Assembly (NCBI GenBank): GCA_028276365.1
Contig: JAPYWL010000005.1
Location: 1-56,927 of the forward strand
DNA length: 56,927 bases
Source of the DNA: Deltaproteobacteria bacterium
GTDB lineage: Bacteria; DRYD01
Direction: 5' to 3'
Shown: in pieces, positions 37,714 to 48,456 of the stretch
Numbering within the stretch: position 1 is the first letter of the stretch
Layout of the letters: each line of letters begins with the position of its first letter
Made by a program: the position numbers and the translations under genes
Notes under the pieces: generated by a model
What the model was told of the DNA's origin: nothing
Database searches by the model: none
Seen by the model: only the letters and a program-made list of their open reading frames with translations

Positions 37714-39564
37714 CTAATTCACCTCCATTAATTTTATACCCAATTCTTTTAATTGGCTAAGATCAACTTCAGAAGGAGCTTTAGTAAGTAAACAAGTACC
37801 ACTTTGGGTCTTAGGAAATGCAATAACTTCCCTTATACTATTATAACCTAAAAGTAAAGCAATAATTCTATCAATCCCAAGAGCTATTCCCCCATGAGGA
37901 GGAACCCCATATTTAAAAGCTTCTAATAAAAACCCAAACTTCCTATTAGCATCCTCTTCATTTATACCTATTATTTCAAATATTATCTTTTGGAACTTAA
38001 TATCAGTTATTCTTATACTACCACTAGCAATCTCTACCCCATTTAATACTAAATCATAAGCTAAAGATCTAATAGATAAAACTTCTTTAACAAATTCATC
38101 ATCATAAATTATATTAGGATTTTTCTTTAATTTTTCATATATCATATATACCTTATCTTTGTCCTCTTCTAATACATTAGTAAATGGGTGATGTTCAGGA
38201 GATATTTTCCTTATTAATTTATTTCCTACTTTTTCTTCCTCTACTTTAAAAAGTGGAAAATTATCAACCCAAAGAAAATAAAAATCCTTAACCGGTTTCA
38301 ATACCTTATTCTCTATTAAATAATTCTTTATTAAAATTAACTCATTTAAATAATTTTTAGAAGAAATAACAAAAACTATATAATCCCCATTATAAAACTG
38401 ATTTTCATTTCTTAAATAATTATCTACTTCATTTATATCAACAAACTTAACTAAGCTTCCCTTAAAAAAGGATTCTCCAGAATTACTAGAAATTAAATAT
38501 AAAAATTTTAAATTATTTTGCCTTAAAAATTCATTTAATTTATCTAATTCTTTACGAGTTAAAACCAAATTTTTAAAAAATATATAATAAGCTTGATTAA
38601 TATCAAAATCTTCATCATTCAAATTTATCTTTATTGAATTGTTCCATTTTTTTACAGGATAATTAAATCTCAAATCAGGTTTATCTGAATTAAAATGTTT
38701 TATAGCATAATTATAATCAATAACTTCAAAAGGAATACTAATTTCAATCCCTAAATTATTAAGTACATAATCTAAAAGATTTTCAATTAACAAGAAAATA
38801 TCTTTTTTAGAAATAAAAGACATTTCAATATCAACTTGAGTAAACTCTGGTTGTCTATCAGCTCTTAAATCTTCATCTCTTAAACATTTTGCTATTTGAA
38901 AATACCTATCTATACCAGCTACCATTAAAATTTGCTTAAAAAGCTGAGGAGACTGCGGTAAAGCATAAAACTTACCTGGCTGTAACCTAGAAGGTACTAA
39001 AAAATCCCGAGCACCCTCAGGAGTAGGTTTAGCTAATAATGGAGTCTCTATTTCTAAAAAATCCTCATTATCCATAAAATCCCTTATATATTTTATTATC
39101 TTATGTCTAAAATACATATTTTTAAACATCTGTAATCTTCTTAAATCTAAATACCTATACTTTAATCTAGTAGCCTCATCAATTTTTAAATCCCTAATAT
39201 CTTTATAATCCTCATTAATCATAAAAGGTAAAGCTTCACTTTTAGAAAGAATCTTAATCTCCTTAGCAATAACCTCAAAATTTCCCGTAGCTATATTAGG
39301 ATTAATATTTTCAATTGGTCTTTCCTTAACAATACCCACAACTTCTAAAACATCCTCTAAAGATAATTTATTTATCTTTAATTCACTAGACATCACTACT
39401 TGTACTATTCCCGTTCTATCCCTTAAATCTACAAATAAAATCCCTCCCATATCTCTAAATCTATGAACCCAACCATAAATTTTTACTTCCTTATTAACAT
39501 ATTTTTCATTTATCTTACCACACCATACCCTATCTTTATAAGTATAATCAATTTGATTAATCAT
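37714..39564 (-). CDS. aspS: Aspartate--tRNA ligase (bacterial type)
   Basis: RDRTGIVQVV, class II motifs FYALPQSPQLFKQ, DRQPEFTQVD and GGIALGIDRI. Confidence 0.97.
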   Translation of the reverse strand: MINQIDYTYKDRVWCGKINEKYVNKEVKIYGWVHRFRDMGGILFVDLRDRTGIVQVVMSSELKINKLSLEDVLEVVGIVKERPIENINPNIATGNFEVIAKEIKILSKSEALPFMINEDYKDIRDLKIDEATRLKYRYLDLRRLQMFKNMYFRHKIIKYIRDFMDNEDFLEIETPLLAKPTPEGARDFLVPSRLQPGKFYALPQSPQLFKQILMVAGIDRYFQIAKCLRDEDLRADRQPEFTQVDIEMSFISKKDIFLLIENLLDYVLNNLGIEISIPFEVIDYNYAIKHFNSDKPDLRFNYPVKKWNNSIKINLNDEDFDINQAYYIFFKNLVLTRKELDKLNEFLRQNNLKFLYLISSNSGESFFKGSLVKFVDINEVDNYLRNENQFYNGDYIVFVISSKNYLNELILIKNYLIENKVLKPVKDFYFLWVDNFPLFKVEEEKVGNKLIRKISPEHHPFTNVLEEDKDKVYMIYEKLKKNPNIIYDDEFVKEVLSIRSLAYDLVLNGVEIASGSIRITDIKFQKIIFEIIGINEEDANRKFGFLLEAFKYGVPPHGGIALGIDRIIALLLGYNSIREVIAFPKTQSGTCLLTKAPSEVDLSQLKELGIKLMEVN

Positions 39565-39596
39565 AATTCTAACACTCTCCTTTAGTATAAAAAATT

Positions 39597-40112
39597 TTAG
39601 GATATTATTTTTTTTAAATTTTGATATAGATCATAATAAGTTTGCTCTAAAGAAAAACTAATAATCCTAACATCAGATATAGTAGTCATAAAATTATGGT
39701 CTCCTAAAAATCTAGGTAATATATGAAAATGTAAATGATTATCAATTCCTGCTCCTGCAGCCTTCCCTACATTAGAACCTATATTATATCCATCCATATT
39801 ATAAGTAATACTCAATATTTTTTTAGACAAAATTAATAATTCAAAGATATCTTCTTTCTCTTCCTTAGTTAATAACTCTATATCATCAATATGCCTATAA
39901 GGTATAACCATTAAATGCCCATTTATATAAGGATATTTATTTAACATAATAAATGAATAGGAAGATTTATATAATATTAAACTATCAAAAGAAGGTTCCA
40001 TTTCCTTTATCTTAATATCATTATAATAACAAAATATACATTTATCAGGTTTAGTATAATTCATTAAGTATTTTCCCCTCCAAGGAGCATATAATATCTT
40101 TAATTCCTTCAT
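39597..40112 (-). CDS. HIT family protein (Ap4A phosphorylase/GalT-like branch)
   Basis: APWRGKY near the N-terminus and the histidine triad NHLHFHILPR. The ATG at 40112 (MKELKILYAPW) is preferred over the TTG at 40136 in the ORF track. Confidence 0.8.
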   Translation of the reverse strand: MKELKILYAPWRGKYLMNYTKPDKCIFCYYNDIKIKEMEPSFDSLILYKSSYSFIMLNKYPYINGHLMVIPYRHIDDIELLTKEEKEDIFELLILSKKILSITYNMDGYNIGSNVGKAAGAGIDNHLHFHILPRFLGDHNFMTTISDVRIISFSLEQTYYDLYQNLKKIIS

Positions 40113-40137
40113 TTCATTATTTAAATTAAAACACAAG

Positions 40138-41031
40138 TTATTTACTTTTTTTATATTCAGGTGGAATAAAAATATCTTCTGGTGGCTTTTTCTCTCTTAC
40201 AGAGCTATCAAACAAATCATCAGATACTCCAACATTAATTGAAACATTTTTTAAATATAAAACCCAAGCTAACTTCTTATTATTGGGATTATCATAAGAA
40301 AAATTATAAATAAGCACTTTAGTAGGGAAAGGTCTACCATCATTAATATAACTTATTCCCTTATAAATAACCTCTATTCCCATTTGCTCCTTAGAAAAAG
40401 GATAGAAAATGACCTTAGAAGGTAAATAATTACTAACATCTAAATACATTCTATATCTTTCATACATCTTAGAAGTATCAATAAAGCTAATAACAACTAA
40501 ATTTTTTCCTTTATCTTGACCAACTCCTACAGTTTCATAACCTACTACTACAGGATACAAAATTTTTTCCATTTCAGGATATCTTAAGAGAGGAAAAAAT
40601 GGGAAATTAACAACTAAAGGATACCTATTATCCTTAGAAATATTAAGTGGATAAGGAGCATCATTTTTAAAAATAGTAGTATATTGACCATCTTTAATAG
40701 TAATTAAAGTAACACCTTCTAAAGAAGAATGATAAACAAATTCCGTTTCTATTCTTAAAAAATAAGGTTCTTTATAAAAAATTTTTCCCCTCCCAATTAA
40801 AGGTATATCATCTTCCTTAGCAGCTACTTTCTTAGAATCCTTAGAAACATCTTGTGCTCTGAATTCATATTCTATTACCATATCCCTTATTTTAGTATAT
40901 TTACCAACATAGACTTTATCAACATAATCAAAAGCAGCATTATATGAAAAAATATTTAATTTAAAAATAAATAAGCTAACAAAAAATAATAAAACTAAAG
41001 TTCCAAAAAATTTAAAAATTTTTTCTTCCAT
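40138..41031 (-). CDS. Hypothetical membrane-anchored or exported protein (possibly LolA-fold-like)
   Basis: N-terminal hydrophobic anchor FGTLVLLFFVSLFIF. The beta-rich remainder is not diagnostic. Confidence 0.35.
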   Translation of the reverse strand: MEEKIFKFFGTLVLLFFVSLFIFKLNIFSYNAAFDYVDKVYVGKYTKIRDMVIEYEFRAQDVSKDSKKVAAKEDDIPLIGRGKIFYKEPYFLRIETEFVYHSSLEGVTLITIKDGQYTTIFKNDAPYPLNISKDNRYPLVVNFPFFPLLRYPEMEKILYPVVVGYETVGVGQDKGKNLVVISFIDTSKMYERYRMYLDVSNYLPSKVIFYPFSKEQMGIEVIYKGISYINDGRPFPTKVLIYNFSYDNPNNKKLAWVLYLKNVSINVGVSDDLFDSSVREKKPPEDIFIPPEYKKSK

Positions 41032-41052
41032 AACCCATTCCTTTAATTTTAT

Positions 41053-41778
41053 TTAAATTCTATTAATAATAAAAGAAGATACACTAAATATAGCTTGATC
41101 TATTTCATACCAATCATATAAAGTTAAAAATTCTTCATTATATTCAAAATACCTATCTCTAGGAGTTCTAACAGCATTAGAACTCATTAAACATTTATCC
41201 TTAAAAAATAATTTTACTTTATAAACTCTATCCGCTACCCCAACAGGGATGTACATATTCCCTACTAACAAAGAACTTTCCATTATCATATGAAGTAATT
41301 CATTACCATCAGTTACATCAAATACCTTTAAAACTAATTTATCAAAATTCTCTAAATTCTCTAAATTCTCTAAATTATTGACTTCCCAATAAGCAAATAT
41401 CCAATAAGGATCAATAGGCAATAAATAAATATAATCTTTATTATATTTAGAAGGTAAATCTTGAATAAAATCTATTCTTACTTTATCAAATTTAGGAACA
41501 ATATTATCTTCAAAACTACTTTTTAAAGCGTCTCTAAAAGAATAAGTAAAATCCAAATTAATTTTATTTTCATTAAAAAAGATATTATTAGTATCCAATT
41601 TTAAGAACTCCTCATTTATATTATCTGTATCTCGTTCTTCTAAAACCTTAAACCACCTATAAATAGTACTTTTTGAAATCTTATATTCTTCAGAAATTCT
41701 CTTTATACTCCAATTATCTACTTTAAACCTATACCATAATATTTTGGCTAATTCTGGTAAATCTTTTTTTTTCCTCAT
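41053..41778 (-). CDS. HTH domain plus DUF4912 domain protein
   Basis: N-terminal WSIKRISEEYKISKSTIYRWFK (HTH). LLPIDPYWIFAYWEV matches the DUF4912 signature. Contains an internal NLENLENLENF 9-nt repeat. Confidence 0.6.
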   Translation of the reverse strand: MRKKKDLPELAKILWYRFKVDNWSIKRISEEYKISKSTIYRWFKVLEERDTDNINEEFLKLDTNNIFFNENKINLDFTYSFRDALKSSFEDNIVPKFDKVRIDFIQDLPSKYNKDYIYLLPIDPYWIFAYWEVNNLENLENLENFDKLVLKVFDVTDGNELLHMIMESSLLVGNMYIPVGVADRVYKVKLFFKDKCLMSSNAVRTPRDRYFEYNEEFLTLYDWYEIDQAIFSVSSFIINRI

Positions 41779-41820
41779 TTAATTGCCCTCCCTAAGTACC
41801 TATTTAATCTATTTTTTAAT

Positions 41821-44800
41821 CTATTTTAATCTTTCATTAATAGTATTTAACTTTGCTTTAACAATACCTATCATTAATCCCTCCTTCCCATAAATTACAA
41901 CCACATTATCCTTAAAAACCCAACTAAAAATAATCCCCTTTCCTAATTCTTCATAATAATTATTTATATCCTTCATAAAACTAAATAACTCAGATATATA
42001 TTTTAAATTCAATTCTTTAAATATACTATTACTAACAAAATAGCTACCCATATTATTTTCTTTAATAATAGATATTCCATCAATCTTAGGATTATTTATA
42101 ATATCAAAAATTTCTTTTGAAATATTACTTAAATTTTCATCTACATTAAATTTTATTAACTCATTTTGTTCAGAAACTAATTCCCCCTGTTTAATACTTT
42201 TATTTAACTCACTCTTTTCTAATTCTTGTATATCGGTAACTGCAGCTTCCTGTGTTAAATTTTCTTCTATTAAGAATTCCTGAACCCAATTCATCTCACT
42301 TATTTCTTTAAATTCATTAGTTTCAATTTTTAATTCTTCTGCCTTTATTTCCTTTTGATCCTTATTATCCAAACTATCTAAATTTATGTCATCCAAATTA
42401 ATACTATCTAAATTTATATCATCTAAATTTATATCATCTAAATTAATATTATCTAAATTTATACTATCTAAATTAATATTATCCAAATTTATATTATCTA
42501 AATCTAAAGAACTAATATCAAGATTAAGATTTATATCAACATCAACTTTTTGAACTTCCTCAAAAATTAATTCATCCCTTATTTTTAAAACTTCTTTATC
42601 CTTTTCACTTTCTAATCTCTCTTTCTCAAATAAATCATCTTCTTTATAATCTAACTTTACTTCCTCTGATTTAATCTCTTTTTCTTCTTTCTTAAATAAA
42701 CCACTATCACTACTACTAATATTTAATTCATTAATATTTAATTCTATTTGTTTATCTACATTTTCTAAACTTTCTAAATTATTTAAACTATCTTTCAATT
42801 CTATTTCTTTATCATTTAAATATTTTGAATCATTAATTTCTACTAATTGTAATTCATTTTGTAATTGATTTTCTAAATCACTACTTAAAAAAGTATCTAA
42901 TTTTTTTTGTGATTCTTGTTTAATGCTTTCTTCTAATAAATCCTTATTCAAATTCTCAAAAACTTCATTACTTTCTTTTGAATCCTTAACCACTTCTTCT
43001 TTATTTACAATTTCAGTGTTATTAATTAGATCTTCTAATTCTAAATTTACCTCAATATTCTCAATAGCTTTTAAATTGTCCAAAGGAGATAAGTTATCTA
43101 TAGAAGATAAATTATCTAAAGAAGATAAGTTATCCAAAATAGGTAAATTATCTAAAGAAGGAAAACTATTTAACAATTCTAAATCTTCTTTCTTTTCTGC
43201 TAAATCTCTATTTTCAAATATATTTTCTAAATTACTACTAATAAAACTCCTATCTTCTAAATTTTCTACTAATTGTCCTTGAGTAATAAAATCTTTTTCT
43301 AAATCAATCTCTCTTTGAAAATCGGTATTACCTAAATTTTCTTGAATTTCATTTTCTTTTAAAGCACCTATTTCATTATCTAAAATACTTTTATTTTCTA
43401 ATAATTCCTTATTATCAATATCATAAGAGCTATCAAAAATAGATACTTTATTAAAATCATTTAATTCTTTCATCTCTAATTCCCTAGTTTCTAGTTCTTT
43501 TAATAAATCAATTTCTTTAAAAGAATCAGCCTCAATAATAACTTCCTGCTTGATATCAAAATTTTTAGTAATATTAATGCCAAGATCTATATTATCTACT
43601 TTTTGAACTATATCAGATTCCTTTTCTAATTCATTAATTAGACTAAAATCTATATCTATCGGAAGTTTTACCCCAAGACGTTCCTCTTTTGTCTTAGTTT
43701 GTTCCTCTTTTACTTCAATTGCTTCTTCTTTTGTTTCTATTTGTTCCTCTTTTACTTCAATTGCTTCTTCTTTTATTTCTATTTGCTCCTCTTTTACTTC
43801 TATTGGTTCTTCTTTTATTTCTATTTGTTCCTCTTTTACTTCAATTGCTTCTTCTTTTGTTTCTATTTGTTCCTCTTTTACTTCAATTGCTTCTTCTTTT
43901 ATTTCTATTTGTTCCTCTTTTACTTCAATTGCTTCTTCTTTTATTTCTATTTGTTCCTCTTTTATTTCAATTTGTTCTTCTTTTGCTTCAATTTGTTCCT
44001 CTTTTATTTCAATTTGTTCTTCTTTTGCTTCAATTTGTTCCTCTTTTATTTCAATTTGTTCCTCTTTTACTTCTATTGGTTCTTCTTTTGTTTCTATTTG
44101 TTCCTCTTTTACCTCTATTGGTTCTTCTTTTGCTTGTACTTGTTCTTCTTTTATTTCTTTTGGCAATACTTCTGCAATTTGGATCTCAGATATTTCTTGC
44201 TTTACTTCAGTATAAATCTTAGTTAATAAATCTTTCACTTTTTCAATAAAAACATTGAAATTAAGCAATTCATCATAAATAAAATTAATAAGAATATAAT
44301 TATTAAAGACATCCAGATTATTATTATTAAAAACCAGTTGTTTAAAATGAGAATCTAAAGAAGCAAAAATTTTCTCATATATTCTTTTTACTTTATTAAT
44401 TTTTTTAGGATCCTCAATATAGTATTTTTTCTCTTTAAAATGATTAATTATATCCTTAGGATTATCCAAAACAAGCTCAATTTGATTTTTCTTCTTATCA
44501 TCTTCAAAAGGGATTAATTCATTAACATTAGATAATAACCTTTCTTTCAGTTCATTTTTAGTTTTAACCAATTGCTCTATATCTTTATTTATATTTTCTA
44601 AAATATAATTTATATCCTGAAGATCTATTAGCTTCAATAAATTAAGTTCTTGTTCATTTAAATTATAAAAAAACGATTCTTTATTTAGATTATATTTTTT
44701 ATAAAGTTCTAAAAGATTTTTAAATTTAGATAAATTATTACTAAATAATTCCAACTGATTTTCATTAAATATAGCATAAGATACATCATTAATAAAACTA

Positions 44801-44910
44801 ATAAATTCGTAGTCAATAAGAGAATTAAATAGAAAAGGGAAAGAAAATAAATTAGGTAGCTCCAAAATTTTTTGATTATAAAAAATTTCATTATCAATAG
44901 TAATATTCAC
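41821..44910 (-). CDS. 1029-aa highly acidic tandem-repeat protein with a possible Roadblock/LC7-like C-terminal domain
   Basis: Uninterrupted ORF containing three internal repeat arrays. The C-terminal ~100 aa (IDGISIIKENNMGSYFVSN...GKGIIFSWVFKDNVVVIYGKEGLMIGIV) resembles the Roadblock/LC7 fold pattern. This is an inference. Confidence 0.6.
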   Translation of the reverse strand: MNITIDNEIFYNQKILELPNLFSFPFLFNSLIDYEFISFINDVSYAIFNENQLELFSNNLSKFKNLLELYKKYNLNKESFFYNLNEQELNLLKLIDLQDINYILENINKDIEQLVKTKNELKERLLSNVNELIPFEDDKKKNQIELVLDNPKDIINHFKEKKYYIEDPKKINKVKRIYEKIFASLDSHFKQLVFNNNNLDVFNNYILINFIYDELLNFNVFIEKVKDLLTKIYTEVKQEISEIQIAEVLPKEIKEEQVQAKEEPIEVKEEQIETKEEPIEVKEEQIEIKEEQIEAKEEQIEIKEEQIEAKEEQIEIKEEQIEIKEEAIEVKEEQIEIKEEAIEVKEEQIETKEEAIEVKEEQIEIKEEPIEVKEEQIEIKEEAIEVKEEQIETKEEAIEVKEEQTKTKEERLGVKLPIDIDFSLINELEKESDIVQKVDNIDLGINITKNFDIKQEVIIEADSFKEIDLLKELETRELEMKELNDFNKVSIFDSSYDIDNKELLENKSILDNEIGALKENEIQENLGNTDFQREIDLEKDFITQGQLVENLEDRSFISSNLENIFENRDLAEKKEDLELLNSFPSLDNLPILDNLSSLDNLSSIDNLSPLDNLKAIENIEVNLELEDLINNTEIVNKEEVVKDSKESNEVFENLNKDLLEESIKQESQKKLDTFLSSDLENQLQNELQLVEINDSKYLNDKEIELKDSLNNLESLENVDKQIELNINELNISSSDSGLFKKEEKEIKSEEVKLDYKEDDLFEKERLESEKDKEVLKIRDELIFEEVQKVDVDINLNLDISSLDLDNINLDNINLDSINLDNINLDDINLDDINLDSINLDDINLDSLDNKDQKEIKAEELKIETNEFKEISEMNWVQEFLIEENLTQEAAVTDIQELEKSELNKSIKQGELVSEQNELIKFNVDENLSNISKEIFDIINNPKIDGISIIKENNMGSYFVSNSIFKELNLKYISELFSFMKDINNYYEELGKGIIFSWVFKDNVVVIYGKEGLMIGIVKAKLNTINERLK
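42365..42505 (-). repeat. 15-nt (5-aa INLD[DNS]) tandem repeat, about 9 units, inside 41821..44910
   Basis: Visible in the DNA (ATCTAAATTTATATC-type units) and in the protein (NINLDNINLDSINLDNINLDDINLDD...). Confidence 0.85.
43075..43175 (-). repeat. 18-nt (6-aa LDNLxx) tandem repeat, about 5-6 units, inside 41821..44910
   Basis: Protein SLDNLPILDNLSSLDNLSSIDNLSPLDNL. DNA GATAAGTTATCTATAGAA-type units. Confidence 0.8.
43690..44155 (-). repeat. 21-nt (7-aa KEE[QPA]IE[IVTA]) tandem repeat, about 22 units, inside 41821..44910
   Basis: Protein KEEQIEIKEEAIEVKEEQIET.... The DNA shows a 21/42-nt periodicity. This array generates the spurious poly-Leu/Phe ORFs on the opposite strand. Confidence 0.9.
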
Positions 44911-44979
44911 AAATCATCCCCTATATAATCTTATAATATTTTTCTAATTTATCCTTCTTAATTTATTATATAACTTTTA

Positions 44980-46446
44980 TTATATATAAGATAGAAGTTG
45001 CTTATAAACCTCAAAATATTTTTTGCTACTATTATTCCAACTAAAATCAAGTTTCATTATTTTTTTTCTAAGATTAAATAAGAAATCCTTATTTTTATAG
45101 AGTTCATGAGCTTTTTTAAGAGCAGTAAATAATAAAACAGGATCAGCTTTATCAATTAATATACCAGTTCCGTTAATGCTATCCTCAAATATATCAATAA
45201 TAGTATCCTTAAGTCCCCCAGTTTTAGTAGCTATAGGAATAGTACCATATCTATAAGAAATCATTTGCGATAATCCACAAGGTTCAAATCTTGAAGGTAT
45301 TAAAAAGAAATCAGAAGCAGCATAAATTTTCCTAGCTAAATCCTCCGAAAACTTTATATTAACACTAAAATAATTAGGATACTCCACCCCTAATTGCTCA
45401 ATTTTTTTCTGAATATCCACATTACCTGTACCTAAAACCACTAAATAAGCAACTATATTACTATCTAACAATTTTTTAAAGCTATCATAAAGTATATCAA
45501 ATCCTTTTTGATAATCTAATCGTGCAACTACACCAAATAAAGGAATATCATTATTAAAATTATTTTTATCATTTAATAACTTAAGCTCAAAAAGTAGCTT
45601 TAGTTTATTTTCCTCTTTACCTTCATTAACATTATTAATATCATAATTTTTATATAAACTACTATCAGTTAAAGGATTCCATAAATCATAATCAATTCCA
45701 TTAAGTATTCCAATAAGTTTATGAGAATTCATTTTAAGGATATTCTCTAACCCCATACCAAATTCAGAAGAATTCATAATCTCATTAGCATAATTGGGAC
45801 TAACTGTAGAAACAATATCACTTAACAAAATAGCACCCTTCATTAAATTTATTTTAGAATAATATTCACAATGATTTATAATAAATTCCCTAAAATTAAG
45901 ATCAATATCTTTAAGCATTTCTTTTTCAAAAACCCCCTGATATGCTATATTATGAATAGTAAAAACAGTTTTATTACTTAAATTGAGATACTTAAGATAA
46001 AGTATAGTAAAAGCAGAATGCCAATCATGACAATGTATAATATCATAATTATTCTGTTTAATAAAATTAACAACAGCTAAATTAAATACTAAATACCTAA
46101 AAAATTCATCTTCAAAAGGTTTCCCATTTTTATCTAAATAAATTCCTTCTCTTTCAAATAATTTCTCATTCTTAAATAAATATACCTTAACATCTGTATT
46201 ATAATTCTGAACCTCATAAATTTCATAATCGATATTTAATATTTTATCTTCTAAAATTTTATTCATCTTTAGATCTTGGTTTTGAAATTTTTTAAATAAA
46301 TTATCAGTTAATGAGCCATAATAAGGTAAAATAACATCTACTTTAGAATATTTAGCTAATTCCTTAGGTAAAGATCCAATTACATCAGCTAATCCCCCTA
46401 CCTTAGCAAAAGGTACCATCTCCATACTAACCATTAAAACTCTCAT
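44980..46446 (-). CDS. glgA: Glycogen synthase (ADP-glucose type)
   Basis: MRVLMVSMEMVPFAKVGGLADV N-terminus, HCHDWHS, and PSRFEPCGLSQM. Confidence 0.95.
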   Translation of the reverse strand: MRVLMVSMEMVPFAKVGGLADVIGSLPKELAKYSKVDVILPYYGSLTDNLFKKFQNQDLKMNKILEDKILNIDYEIYEVQNYNTDVKVYLFKNEKLFEREGIYLDKNGKPFEDEFFRYLVFNLAVVNFIKQNNYDIIHCHDWHSAFTILYLKYLNLSNKTVFTIHNIAYQGVFEKEMLKDIDLNFREFIINHCEYYSKINLMKGAILLSDIVSTVSPNYANEIMNSSEFGMGLENILKMNSHKLIGILNGIDYDLWNPLTDSSLYKNYDINNVNEGKEENKLKLLFELKLLNDKNNFNNDIPLFGVVARLDYQKGFDILYDSFKKLLDSNIVAYLVVLGTGNVDIQKKIEQLGVEYPNYFSVNIKFSEDLARKIYAASDFFLIPSRFEPCGLSQMISYRYGTIPIATKTGGLKDTIIDIFEDSINGTGILIDKADPVLLFTALKKAHELYKNKDFLFNLRKKIMKLDFSWNNSSKKYFEVYKQLLSYI

Positions 46447-46675
46447 AATTACCCCCTTCTTATATTTAATTCCCTAATTTTCATTATATAAATTTATACA
46501 TTTATAATATAATAATTTAACAATAAAAAATAATATCCCTTTTTATTGCTTATCTAAATGTTAAAAAATCACTATATGCAGTAAAATTATATTCTTAAAA
46601 GGAAGAATAATAATTTTTATCAAAATAAAAATTAGAAACAATTTAAAATTAATTAAAAATCCAAGGAGGCAATAA

Positions 46676-47974
46676 ATGATAAATACAAAAATAAATGAAC
46701 TAATTCAAGAAATAGAAGAAATAGAAAATAGTAAAAATATAGAAGAAATCCTAGAAATTTATTACAATAATATTAATCCAACATTAACAAAAATAATAAA
46801 GCTAGCAGGATACGCTAAGATAGAAAAAAAAGGCCAAGATTACAAAATTATTGCTTATGACATTAATAACCAAGAAAAAGAGTTTTACGATTTTCTGGGA
46901 ATGTACGGAGTTCTAAACTTAGGACATTGTAATCAATATATAGTAAATAAAATAAAAGAACAAATGAATGAATTATGTATGACCTCTAAAGTATTTTTAA
47001 ACAGTAAATACGCAGCATTAGCCAAATTACTAGCAAATTTAACAGGCTTAAAATATCTATTTTTAGTTAATTCAGGAGCAGAGGCAGTAGAAGCAGCTAT
47101 TAAATTGTCCTTAGCATCCACTAAAAAGAAAAAAATAATCTCTACATATAACTCGTATCACGGCAAAACCTTAGGAGCATTAAGTATAAGCGGTAGAGAT
47201 GTCTATAAAAAATACCTTACTTTACTACCAAATGTAATTTTTATAGAATATAATAATATAGATCAACTACAAAAAGTAATAGATAATGATACAGCAGCAA
47301 TTATAGTAGAACCCATTCAAGGAGAAGGTGGAATAATAATTCCTAACGATAACTATTTAACTACTTTAAGAGAAATATGTGATAAAAATGCTTGTCTATT
47401 AATACTAGATGAAATCCAAACAGGCTTAGGTAGAACAGGTTATTTATTTGAATACCAAAGATATAACATAAAACCAGATATACTATTATTAGCAAAAGCA
47501 TTAAGTGGAGGAGTTATCCCAATAGGAGCAATCTTAGCAAATGAAAAAGCTTGGGAAATTTTTAATGAAAATCCCTTATATCATACTTCAACATTTGGCG
47601 GAAATTCCTTGGCAATAACCGCAGCATTAGAAACTATAAAATATACATTATCCAATGATCTACCTAAACAAGCTCAAGAAAAAGGAGAATATTTTATAAA
47701 AAAATTAACCCAAATTTCAATAAACTATAAAGACATAGTGAAAGAAGTAAGAGGAAAAGGATTAATGATAGGGATAGAACTAATTAGCGAAGAATATGCT
47801 GCCTCTATTTTCTCTTATTTAATTCAAAACGGAATAATAACAGCTTATACTCTAAATCAACCCAAAGTAATAAGGATAGAACCCCCTTTAACAATCCCTT
47901 ACTCAATAATTGATTTATTTATAAATACTTTTGAAGAATCACTAAAACATACAAAGCAATTATTTGAATTATAA
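46676..47974 (+). CDS. Class-III pyridoxal-phosphate aminotransferase (ArgD/PatA/GabT-like)
   Basis: NSGAEAVEAAIKL, DEIQTGLGRTG and LLAKALSGG (Lys for PLP), and TFGGN. Confidence 0.85.
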   Translation: MINTKINELIQEIEEIENSKNIEEILEIYYNNINPTLTKIIKLAGYAKIEKKGQDYKIIAYDINNQEKEFYDFLGMYGVLNLGHCNQYIVNKIKEQMNELCMTSKVFLNSKYAALAKLLANLTGLKYLFLVNSGAEAVEAAIKLSLASTKKKKIISTYNSYHGKTLGALSISGRDVYKKYLTLLPNVIFIEYNNIDQLQKVIDNDTAAIIVEPIQGEGGIIIPNDNYLTTLREICDKNACLLILDEIQTGLGRTGYLFEYQRYNIKPDILLLAKALSGGVIPIGAILANEKAWEIFNENPLYHTSTFGGNSLAITAALETIKYTLSNDLPKQAQEKGEYFIKKLTQISINYKDIVKEVRGKGLMIGIELISEEYAASIFSYLIQNGIITAYTLNQPKVIRIEPPLTIPYSIIDLFINTFEESLKHTKQLFEL

Positions 47975-48121
47975 ATAATTAACCCATAAAAAAGGAGATA
48001 AACTAAAATTATATAAATATAATAATGGAATATAACTAAAACAAAAATTAATAGCATAAAATAAAAAAACAAAAGAAATAAAGAATAAAATAAAAAGCAA
48101 AGCAAAAGGAGGGATATGAAA

Positions 48122-48388
48122 ATGGAAGTATTAAAAGTATCTTCAAAATCAAAACCACAATCAGTAGCAGCTGCTTTAGCAGCAGTAATTAAACAAGGAA
48201 ATAAAGCAGAGATTCAAGCAATAGGAGCAGGAGCTATTAACCAAGCAGTAAAGGCAATAGCAATAGCAAGAGGTTATATAGCACCATTAGGTTATGAATT
48301 AGTTACTATCCCTGCTTTTACTGAAGTCCAAATAAATGGAGAAGTAAGAACTGCTATCAAGTTTATTATTAAAACAATAACCCCTTAA
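48122..48388 (+). CDS. spoVS: Stage V sporulation protein S family protein
   Basis: MEVLKVSSKSKPQSVAAALAAVI...IQAIGAGAINQAVKAIAIARGY. The ATG at 48122 lies 8 nt after GGAGGG. The track start at 48116 is only 2 nt after it. Confidence 0.9.
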   Translation: MEVLKVSSKSKPQSVAAALAAVIKQGNKAEIQAIGAGAINQAVKAIAIARGYIAPLGYELVTIPAFTEVQINGEVRTAIKFIIKTITP

Positions 48389-48456
48389 TTAGATTCTTTT
48401 AGATAGTTTATATAATAATAAATTAATAAGGAAGGGGAGAAGAACAAAATTAAGAA

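Noticed and set aside
43699-44226. Two long plus-strand ORFs (43699..44226 and 43719..44222) encoding poly-Leu/Phe peptides, plus 42923..43282 (+) and 44709..44897 (-).
   Set aside because: They lie entirely inside, or in alternative frames of, the 1029-aa repeat gene. Their periodic low-complexity translation is a by-product of the 21/18/15-nt coding repeats on the other strand.
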